A DNA stretch of 14,790 nt from Campylobacterota bacterium (GTDB lineage: Bacteria > Campylobacterota > Campylobacteria > Campylobacterales > Sulfurimonadaceae): NCBI GenBank assembly GCA_034661055.1, contig JAYEKO010000050.1, positions 1 to 14,790 of the forward strand, given 5' to 3'. The notes under the pieces are model-generated. The model was not told the origin of the DNA. It saw nothing but the letters and a program-made list of their open reading frames with translations, and made no database searches. This document shows, one piece after another, positions 1 to 6,732 of the stretch. Made by a program: the position numbers and the translations under genes. Each line of letters opens with the position of its first letter. Position 1 is the stretch's first letter.

Positions 1-149
1 TAATCTCACTTGATGGCGAGACAATTGCGCACCATCCAAGACAATCACAAAAATACTACGATTCAACACTGATAGAGCATATGCCTAAAGAACATCAGTA
101 CCAATATGAAAAATGGAATCCAAAAAGGATACTATCTTTTCTCTTTTAA
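1..149 (+). mobile_element. istA: IS21-family transposase IstA, C-terminal-region fragment; partial at window start and truncated at about 134
   Basis: Frame starting at 3 reads ISLDGETIAHHPRQSQKYYDSTLIEHMPKEHQYQYEKWNPKRIL-SFLF* (TAA 147-149). The IAxHxR...STLxEHMPxxH...W-x-P-x-R pattern is typical of the IstA C-terminal region. The usual continuation (WA..IG), istB and a terminal inverted repeat are absent. Confidence 0.8.
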
Positions 150-459
150 ATTGATCTGATACACATAGTCTTGTAATCTTAAGTGCTGGTATATCATAAA
201 GCATAGACTCACTAACATCAAGCTCACTTCTTAATTTTTTACTATCCTCAGTAATATGAGTTGATGCTAATGAAATATAAGCTTTGTAGTGACCTTCATT
301 TTGAAAAAAATAAGTTTGAAAGAATCCTTATTTGTGATGACTATGAGCATTTTGTAAAAGGTAATCCAAAAGCTTTTGATGACCACTGCATTCAAATTCT
401 GAAGCAATAGATTTAAATGCAGAGTTACTAAACTCTCCTAGCCCAATTATTTGATGCAT
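121..459 (-). pseudogene. GNAT N-acetyltransferase (TacT/AtaT toxin-like) pseudogene with an in-frame stop and a lost C-terminus
   Basis: From ATG at 459: MHQIIGLGEFSNSAFKSIASEFECSGHQKLLDYLLQNAHSHHK*(TAA 330-328)GFFQTYFFQNEGHYKAYISLASTHITEDSKKLRSELDVSESMLYDIPALKITRLCVSDQFKREKIVSFL. The motifs FxC..LxxYL..A, TY, YxSL, and IPAxxxxRLxV..F match GNAT toxin-type acetyltransferases. The frame passes into antisense IstA sequence at the acetyl-CoA loop. Confidence 0.72.
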
Positions 460-578
460 TAAGCAGAAAAAGATTTAATAAGATTACTAATAGAAGAAGA
501 AGTTTTTTTAAAAGTTTTTAATTTATCTGTTTTAGATTTATCTAAAACATGTTTTTTAAGAAGATATTTATAGTTCAA
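459..578 (-). CDS. Small basic hypothetical ORF (about 39 aa), candidate partner or antitoxin of the GNAT gene
   Basis: TTG at 578 gives (M)NYKYLLKKHVLDKSKTDKLKTFKKTSSSISNLIKSFSA*. Its TAA (461-459) overlaps the GNAT ATG as TAATG. The frame is open further upstream but has no ATG and no clear RBS. Confidence 0.3.
   Translation of the reverse strand: MNYKYLLKKHVLDKSKTDKLKTFKKTSSSISNLIKSFSA
528..549. repeat. Perfect inverted repeat TGTTTTAGAT-TT-ATCTAAAACA (10-bp arms, 2-nt spacer)
   Basis: Read directly from the sequence: arms at 528-537 and 540-549. Confidence 0.7.
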
Positions 579-629
579 GTCGATATTTTTTAATCGATAT
601 TCAAATCTTATCAGAATTACTATTATTGC

Positions 630-648
630 ACGGACTTTTTACGGACTT
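630..648. repeat. Direct repeat ACGGACTT x2 with 11-bp period; tyrosine-integrase arm-type site-like
   Basis: ACGGACTT at 630-637 and 641-648, about 70-90 bp beyond the 3' CCA end of tRNA-Asn, in otherwise very AT-rich DNA. Confidence 0.55.
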
Positions 649-718
649 GCTCTACATTTAGAAAGCTTAAAGTTGAAGTTTAAAGTGCTTAGAATGTCGT
701 ATTTAAGGGGTTTAAAGA

Positions 719-793
<75 letters not shown>

Positions 794-824
794 ATATATA
801 AAAAGTATTTGGATTCAAAAAATG

Positions 825-899
<75 letters not shown>

Positions 900-916
900 A
901 TATTTTATGAGCCGCA

Positions 917-945
917 ATTATACGCAAACAGCGAGATTTTGTCAA
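917..945 (-). promoter_or_regulatory. sigma70 promoter of the tRNA-Asn pair
   Basis: Minus strand reads TTGACA (945-940), 17 bp, TATAAT (922-917), followed by a GC-rich discriminator TGCGGC as in stable-RNA promoters. Confidence 0.85.
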
Positions 946-1883
946 GATTTTTGACGTTTTCTTTTAATGTTTTGTGAGGGGATTAAAAATAGTAGTCCTG
1001 AACGTTTAGTTTCACTCACTTTTCTATCTTTTATTAATTCTAAAAGTCTGCCTTGTGAAGCGTTATCAAAGAGAAGTTTAACATCTTCATGGGTGAGAGG
1101 TCGTTTGTCTAATGTGTTAATAATCTCTTCATTGCTGTAAGATGTTTGACAAGACTCTGCATGTTGACGTGAAGCTATATGAATGGGCACAGAGGCATCA
1201 AACTTATGAGCTATACTGTGAAGCTCACTGTAAGATATTCCCATGACAGGGTAGGCTGGCGGACGATCTATGGTACCTAAATCTACACGTTCGCAATTTA
1301 CATGTAAAAGCGTCTCGTTGAGCAAGGCAATCTCTTCATCGGTATCGTTGAGTGTGTGGACAAAGAGTATCTCTATAAAAAGTCTGCCGTTATACTCTTT
1401 GGAAAAATGTATTACAGACTCTTTTACATGTAAAATATTAATATCTTCATGTGGACGATCAATTTTTTTAAAGACATCACTACTAATAGCATCAAGAGAG
1501 AGCTTTACTTGATCAAACTTGAGTAAAGTATTATAGACTTCTGTATTGATTAGAGTAGCGCTATTGGTCAATATAAGTGTCTGTATTGAACCTTTAATAG
1601 CATCAATTTCATCTATAAGTTCATTAAGGTAGGGGTATAGTGTTGGTTCTCCGTTAGCGGTAATGGTAATGACATCAATATTTTGATGCTCTTTAAGTGC
1701 AGTAGTAAGTGCATTAATAACATCGGTAACGCTAATGCTTTGATCTTGCTGCTGTATTGTAAGTGCCGGTGCAAGTTCACAGTAAAGACAGTCAAAATTA
1801 CACTGTTTATGAGTAGGGGAGAGGTCAATTCCAAGTGAAACGCCAAAACGGCGTGAATTCACTGGACCAAAAATAATATTCAT
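942..1883 (-). CDS. Radical SAM protein (COG0731 / TYW1-related, Cj1244-like)
   Basis: MNIIFGPVNSRRFGVSLGIDL, CNFDCLYC (CxxxCxxC) and TANGEPTLYP. The start is set at ATG 1883 rather than 1946, which would overlap hemE. Adjacency to hemE matches C. jejuni. Confidence 0.9.
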   Translation of the reverse strand: MNIIFGPVNSRRFGVSLGIDLSPTHKQCNFDCLYCELAPALTIQQQDQSISVTDVINALTTALKEHQNIDVITITANGEPTLYPYLNELIDEIDAIKGSIQTLILTNSATLINTEVYNTLLKFDQVKLSLDAISSDVFKKIDRPHEDINILHVKESVIHFSKEYNGRLFIEILFVHTLNDTDEEIALLNETLLHVNCERVDLGTIDRPPAYPVMGISYSELHSIAHKFDASVPIHIASRQHAESCQTSYSNEEIINTLDKRPLTHEDVKLLFDNASQGRLLELIKDRKVSETKRSGLLFLIPSQNIKRKRQKS

Positions 1884-1899
1884 AATGTTAAAGCAATAA

Positions 1900-2940
1900 C
1901 TATTTTTTACTAACTCTTTGACACTCACTAACAAAGTGTTTTGCATGTTCTACTGGTACATCAGGTAGAATTCCATGACCAAGATTAAAGATATGTCTTT
2001 TGCCACCCATTGTCTTTTGAATAGTCTCTACAGACTCTGTAATCATCTCTTTTGAATACAAGCGACACGGCTCCATATTTCCTTGAAGCACATACTTGTC
2101 TCCAAGTTTCTCTTTTGCAAGTGCCATTGGAGTTGACCAGTCAACACCAAATACATCAAAGTTACCATACACTTTATCTAGAAATGCAGGAATACCCTTA
2201 GGGAACATAATGACAGGAATGTGTGGATACTTCTCTTTTAAGTACTCTGCAATCTCTACCATATATTTCCAAGAGAACTCATCATATTTTTCTGGTTCAA
2301 TAGCAGCAGCCCATGAGTCAAAAATCTGAACAACATCGACACCGGCTTGAATCTGTTTCTCCATATAAAGCTTGACTACTTCAGTCACTTTTTTAAGAAT
2401 GTTATGAAGCAGTTGAGGGTTTGAGTACATCATCTTTTTACAGATGTTGTACGTTTTAGTACCTTGACCTTCAATCATGTAGGTTGCAAGTGTCCAAGGG
2501 GCACCAGTAAAACCGATAAGTGCTATCTCATCGCCTCGTTCATCAAGCTGTTTTCTAAGCAGTTCAATAGTCTCATAAACATAAGTTAATTTTGATGCCG
2601 CTTCATCTCCACCTAGAAGTCTATCTAAATCTTCCTGTGATGTTAACGGATCAGAAAACTTTGGACCTTCTCCTGTGAAAAAACCTAAGTCCATACCCAT
2701 CTCGTCGGGAATAACAAGGATGTCACTAAATAATATAGCAGCATCAACGCCAACAATGTCTAGAGGTTGAATAGTAACCTCGGCAGCTTTTTTGGGGTTA
2801 TGACAAAGATTTAAAAAATTACCTGCTTCAGCACGAACAGCCATATACTCTGGCAGGTATCTTCCTGCTTGTCTCATCATCCAAACTGGAGTGTATGGGG
2901 TCTCTTTACCAAAACATGCATCTACAAATATCTTACTCAT
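1900..2940 (-). CDS. hemE: Uroporphyrinogen decarboxylase
   Basis: [44 protein letters not shown] and FNLGHGI signatures. Confidence 0.98.
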   Translation of the reverse strand: MSKIFVDACFGKETPYTPVWMMRQAGRYLPEYMAVRAEAGNFLNLCHNPKKAAEVTIQPLDIVGVDAAILFSDILVIPDEMGMDLGFFTGEGPKFSDPLTSQEDLDRLLGGDEAASKLTYVYETIELLRKQLDERGDEIALIGFTGAPWTLATYMIEGQGTKTYNICKKMMYSNPQLLHNILKKVTEVVKLYMEKQIQAGVDVVQIFDSWAAAIEPEKYDEFSWKYMVEIAEYLKEKYPHIPVIMFPKGIPAFLDKVYGNFDVFGVDWSTPMALAKEKLGDKYVLQGNMEPCRLYSKEMITESVETIQKTMGGKRHIFNLGHGILPDVPVEHAKHFVSECQRVSKK

Positions 2941-2955
2941 TTTAATCCTTGATTT

Positions 2956-3471
2956 CTATTTTTTCCCGACTTTTCCAAGAAAGAAAAGACCGACTGCTAC
3001 TGCAGTAATTGAGAGTGCAAAATAGAGCATATCTAGTGCTCCATTGTACTCAGTATGTGCCACTTTTTGAAAGAAGCCGACTACAAGAACCATAACAATG
3101 ACTTTTGAGATTTTATCTTTTAGCTGATCTAGTGAATGAATAGCTAAGATTTTACTATCCGCTCCCTCTTCATCTTTAGCTGCATCAATATCAGATATAA
3201 AAAGCTCATAAAGTCCAAAAGAAAAAAGTAGCATAACAACGCCAATTAAATAGAGGTCAACGGCACCAATAATGCCACCAACGACATCTTCATGAAAATG
3301 TTCCGGGTGGGCATGTGTGATATAGGTATTTAAAACATAGCTTGCTGTGGCAAAAATATCTACACTTGCTACTGCAAAAAGTACTATTGCGCCTATAAGA
3401 CCAAAAACAACAGCGAGAATAACAATAAAGCGTGAGCTCCAAAGGGTATTTTCAAATAATCTTTCTAACAT
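2956..3471 (-). CDS. YqhA (UPF0114) family membrane protein
   Basis: Four hydrophobic helices, with VDLYL, GLYELFIS and SLDQLKDKI motifs. TAATG coupling to asd. Confidence 0.88.
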   Translation of the reverse strand: MLERLFENTLWSSRFIVILAVVFGLIGAIVLFAVASVDIFATASYVLNTYITHAHPEHFHEDVVGGIIGAVDLYLIGVVMLLFSFGLYELFISDIDAAKDEEGADSKILAIHSLDQLKDKISKVIVMVLVVGFFQKVAHTEYNGALDMLYFALSITAVAVGLFFLGKVGKK

Positions 3472-4502
3472 TAAGCTTCTCCCTCCATTTCAATCCATTT
3501 TTGCGCAATACGTACTGCATTGGTTGCCGCACCAACACGTAAATTATCTGCAACAACCCATAGGTGAAGGATATTTTCACGGTATGTGTCATTTCTAATA
3601 CGCCCAATAAATGTCTCATTTTTGTCAACACATGCCGCTGGCATTGGGTACTCACTCTCTTTAGGGTTGTCAACAATAACAACATTTAAGGCTTTTCTTA
3701 GAAGTTCACGGGCTTCAGTAGCATCAACTGCAGAGTCAAACGTCAGTGTGAGTGCTTCTGAATGTCCACGAAGAACAGGAACGCGTACGCATGTTGCGCT
3801 GACCTCTACATCTTTGTGTAAGATTTTACAGGTCTCGTTGACCATTTTCATCTCTTCTTTAGTGTAGTCATTCTCCATGAAAACATCAATTTGAGGAATG
3901 ACATTGAGTGCAATTTGATGTTGAAAGCTCTTATGTTCACTCTCATCAAGTTTAAATGCAAAGAAATCTTGCATCTGAGTGACAAGCTCTTCCATAGCTG
4001 TCTTGCCAGCCCCTGATGTTGCTTGATAGGTACTGACATCAACACGCTGTAAATCATATGCAATATCAAGTGGCTTGAGTGCTTGAACCATCTGAATAGT
4101 TGAACAGTTAGGGTTGGCAATAACACCACGTTTTCTCCATGATGCAATATCTTCAGGGTTAACTTCAGGCACTACAAGAGGAACATCCTCATCCATTCTA
4201 AAGTGGCTTGTATTGTCAATGACTACAGCACCAGCTTCGGCAGCGTAGGGTGCAAACTTTGCAGAGACACTTCCTCCAGCACTAAAGAGTGCAATCTCGA
4301 TATTCTCTTCTTTAAATATTGTCTCTGTTAGCTCTTTAATAACAATTTCGCTATTATTAAACTCTATGCAGTTTCCTGCACTTCTAGAACTTGCCAATGG
4401 AACTAGGTTCTTAAGTGGAAATTCAATCTCTTCTAAAATTCTTAATATCTCTTCGCCTACAGCACCACTGGCGCCAACAACAGCTACATTATACTTCTTC
4501 AA
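3471..4502 (-). CDS. asd: Aspartate-semialdehyde dehydrogenase
   Basis: VAVVGASGAVG, IANPNCST (catalytic Cys), CVRVPVLRGHS and DNLRVGAATNA. TTG start with AAGGAG RBS, overlapping the flgR TGA. Confidence 0.98.
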   Translation of the reverse strand: MKKYNVAVVGASGAVGEEILRILEEIEFPLKNLVPLASSRSAGNCIEFNNSEIVIKELTETIFKEENIEIALFSAGGSVSAKFAPYAAEAGAVVIDNTSHFRMDEDVPLVVPEVNPEDIASWRKRGVIANPNCSTIQMVQALKPLDIAYDLQRVDVSTYQATSGAGKTAMEELVTQMQDFFAFKLDESEHKSFQHQIALNVIPQIDVFMENDYTKEEMKMVNETCKILHKDVEVSATCVRVPVLRGHSEALTLTFDSAVDATEARELLRKALNVVIVDNPKESEYPMPAACVDKNETFIGRIRNDTYRENILHLWVVADNLRVGAATNAVRIAQKWIEMEGEA

Positions 4503-5800
4503 TATCTCTCCTTAATATTATGTATTTTCATTTTGGTTTTTAAAGTTACTTCACTCATTCCGATCATATCGGCAGCTTCACTAAGTGTTGCGCTTGATTC
4601 TAACACTTCTGAAATTAAGTCATGCTCCATATTTGAGATGGAACGTTTCTGTTTCACGCCGCGTGAGTGTAAAAATAAGTTCTCAGGTGTTATCTCATTA
4701 TCATCACTTAAAATAGTGGCACGCTCTACCACGGAGATAAGTTCACGAATGTTACCGGGCCATTGATACTCTTGCATCTCTTTTTGTGAGGCAACTGAGA
4801 AGACTTTAGTATCAAAATCATATTTTTCACAGTTTTGTACTAAGACGGCATTGGCGATGTCCATAATCTCTTCATGACGTTCACGCAAAGGAGGAATCTC
4901 TAAGGGGATAGTATTTAAGCGATAGTATAGATCTTTTCGAAATGCACCCTCATTAATCTTATCATTTAAGTTAGCGTTGGTTGCTGAGATGACACGTATG
5001 TCAATTTTAATATGCTTAGCCGAGCCGAGTCGTCGCACCTCTTTCTCTTGGAGTGCACGAAGTAGTTTTGCTTGAACCTCATAAGGCATCTCGCCAATCT
5101 CATCTAAAAAAAGAGTGCCGCCATTTGCCAGCTCAAACTGCCCCATCTTGCTCTGTGTTGCGTCAGTAAAAGCACCTTTTTCATAACCAAAGAGTTCACT
5201 CTCTATGAGATTATCTGGAATGGCCGCCATGTTAATAGCTACAAAAGGCTTTTTGGCACGAGGCGAGTTTTTATGGATGTAAGAAGCAAATACTTCTTTT
5301 CCAACACCACTCTCGCCCAATAGCATCGTGCTGGCATCAGTTTGGGCAACTTTTTGTGCCATATTAAGCACACGTTCCAGTGCAGGCGATGTTGCTAAAA
5401 ATTCATTTGAGGTCTTAGCAATCTTTTTAGGTTTATGTGCTTTTACTTTTTCTTGAACATCATGCACTCGTTCAATGGCAGCCACCAAAGTATCTATTTC
5501 AAAGGGTTTTAAAAGAAAATCTTTAACACCTAACTGAATAGACTCAATAGCACGATTAAGGGTTGCATTACCCGTCATAATAATGACCTCATATTTGCCA
5601 TTGAGTTTTTTTACAAATTCAATGCCGTCCATTCCTGGCATATTGATGTCACTAATAATAAGTTCAAAGCTGTCATCAAGTTTTTTAAGGGCATCTTTGG
5701 CATTTTTAAAACTGACAATCTCATATTTACTGTAATCACCAAAAGCTATCTCCAGAGATTTACGCATATTGATATCATCTTCAACAATGGCTATTTTCAA
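4499..5800 (-). CDS. flgR: sigma54-dependent response regulator (REC + AAA+ + C-terminal HTH-like domain), flagellar regulator FlgR
   Basis: REC domain (VEDD, SDINMPGMDG), Walker A GESGVGKE, ESELFGYEKGAFTDA, LFLDEIGE, WPGNIREL. TTG start with AAGGAG RBS. Position between gyrA-flgPQ and asd matches C. jejuni synteny. Confidence 0.9.
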   Translation of the reverse strand: MKIAIVEDDINMRKSLEIAFGDYSKYEIVSFKNAKDALKKLDDSFELIISDINMPGMDGIEFVKKLNGKYEVIIMTGNATLNRAIESIQLGVKDFLLKPFEIDTLVAAIERVHDVQEKVKAHKPKKIAKTSNEFLATSPALERVLNMAQKVAQTDASTMLLGESGVGKEVFASYIHKNSPRAKKPFVAINMAAIPDNLIESELFGYEKGAFTDATQSKMGQFELANGGTLFLDEIGEMPYEVQAKLLRALQEKEVRRLGSAKHIKIDIRVISATNANLNDKINEGAFRKDLYYRLNTIPLEIPPLRERHEEIMDIANAVLVQNCEKYDFDTKVFSVASQKEMQEYQWPGNIRELISVVERATILSDDNEITPENLFLHSRGVKQKRSISNMEHDLISEVLESSATLSEAADMIGMSEVTLKTKMKIHNIKERY

Positions 5801-5813
5801 ATGCGCTCCTTCT

Positions 5814-6221
5814 CTATTTTAAAGCAGAGATTTTAACAAAATTTTCATTAAAAGTGACTGTGAAGCATTGAGGAGCCATACTCAGCGTAGTTAGATCGTT
5901 GTAGTTACTGTTGTGTTTAACAACATAATTTTTTACATGTAAATTTTGCTTTTGTAAATAGTTGAAAAATTCATTTCGATTACCGCTAATAATATGTTGT
6001 AATTTTTTACTGTTTTCAAAGTAGAGTATAAGTTCAGAAGTTGGCTTGCCACTGCAGGGTGTCATAGCCTTACTGATAGAGATTTTTTCATTAAGTAAAC
6101 TTGCATTTTTACTAGCACTATGATAACTAATGATGTACTCATCAGCCTCTAGAAAAGAGGTGAGAAGTATTAATAGACTAGCTGAGAGTAGTTGAGGGTA
6201 ATTTCCATCTCTACTTCGCAA
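5814..6221 (-). CDS. flgQ: Secreted protein, probable FlgQ (Cj1025c-like)
   Basis: Signal-peptide-like N-terminus (LLSASLLILLTSFLEA|DEYIISY). The call rests mostly on its position between flgP and flgR. The TTG start is uncertain. Confidence 0.65.
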   Translation of the reverse strand: MRSRDGNYPQLLSASLLILLTSFLEADEYIISYHSASKNASLLNEKISISKAMTPCSGKPTSELILYFENSKKLQHIISGNRNEFFNYLQKQNLHVKNYVVKHNSNYNDLTTLSMAPQCFTVTFNENFVKISALK

Positions 6222-6676
6222 AGACCGTCTTTGTAAATGGTATCTACTACATTGGCATTGCGAATATTCGCATCAACATAGGTACGTACTTTAGAGCTTT
6301 TTACCATCATATTATGAACGTAGTCACGCCCTTGAACATAGACTCCTTTTACTTTTTCAGCAATTAGTCGATACCCGTCAATAATAGCAGCACGTTTTGC
6401 AAGAACTAGAGCCTGTTCAGGTGAGCACGTACCTGTACATGGAGCGACACCTTGACCTACTACAATAATGCGAACAGGCTCTAGTTTGCTTAAAACTTGG
6501 CAGTCGCAATCATTGCTTTTTTCAATGGCGCATTCACACTCTTGTGGAACTTCTGCAATGGCTTCAGTGCTGACATACTCTTGTGTTTGGACTGGTGCTA
6601 CAGGAGCAGGTTCCTCTTTTAAACATCCAGAGAAGAGAAAGCCCAATGCAAGCAATGAGATAAGAGTTTTTTTCAT
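6170..6676 (-). CDS. flgP: LPP20-domain lipoprotein, probable flagellar basal-disk protein FlgP
   Basis: Lipobox LFSGC (Cys18), GQGVAP, ALVLAKRAAIIDGYRLIAEKVKGV. It lies directly downstream of gyrA as Cj1026c does, with RBS AAAGGT. Confidence 0.85.
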   Translation of the reverse strand: MKKTLISLLALGFLFSGCLKEEPAPVAPVQTQEYVSTEAIAEVPQECECAIEKSNDCDCQVLSKLEPVRIIVVGQGVAPCTGTCSPEQALVLAKRAAIIDGYRLIAEKVKGVYVQGRDYVHNMMVKSSKVRTYVDANIRNANVVDTIYKDGLCEVEMEITLNYSQLVY

Positions 6677-6714
6677 AGATATTACCTTTTTTATTGAGTA
6701 TATTACACAAATTA

Positions 6715-6732
6715 AAGCAAGAACTATACCAA
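6715..6732 (-). promoter_or_regulatory. Putative sigma54 (-24/-12) promoter upstream of flgP
   Basis: Minus strand TTGGTATAGTTCTTGCTT: GG (6730-6729), 10 nt, GC (6718-6717), in TTGG...TTGCT context, about 40 nt upstream of the flgP ATG. Confidence 0.7.

Noticed and set aside
270..410. Plus-strand 46-aa ORF MKYKLCSDLHFEK...FVKGNP resembling a metallophosphoesterase start (DLH, GN)
   Set aside because: It is too short, the motif spacing is wrong and GD/GNH are missing. It lies antisense to the much better supported GNAT frame.
1884..1946. N-terminal extension of the radical SAM ORF given in the track
   Set aside because: It overlaps the hemE 3' end, and the family-typical sequence begins at MNIIFGP (1883).
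1270..4766. Short alternative-frame or antisense ORFs (1270-1512, 1613-1846, 2096-2329, 3347-3598, 3452-3685, 3586-3867, 3848-4147, 4533-4766)
   Set aside because: They are shadows of well-supported genes and carry no motifs.
5159..5176. GAFTDA instead of GAFTGA in the sigma54 activator
   Set aside because: This is a common functional variant in FlgR-type activators and not evidence of inactivity.
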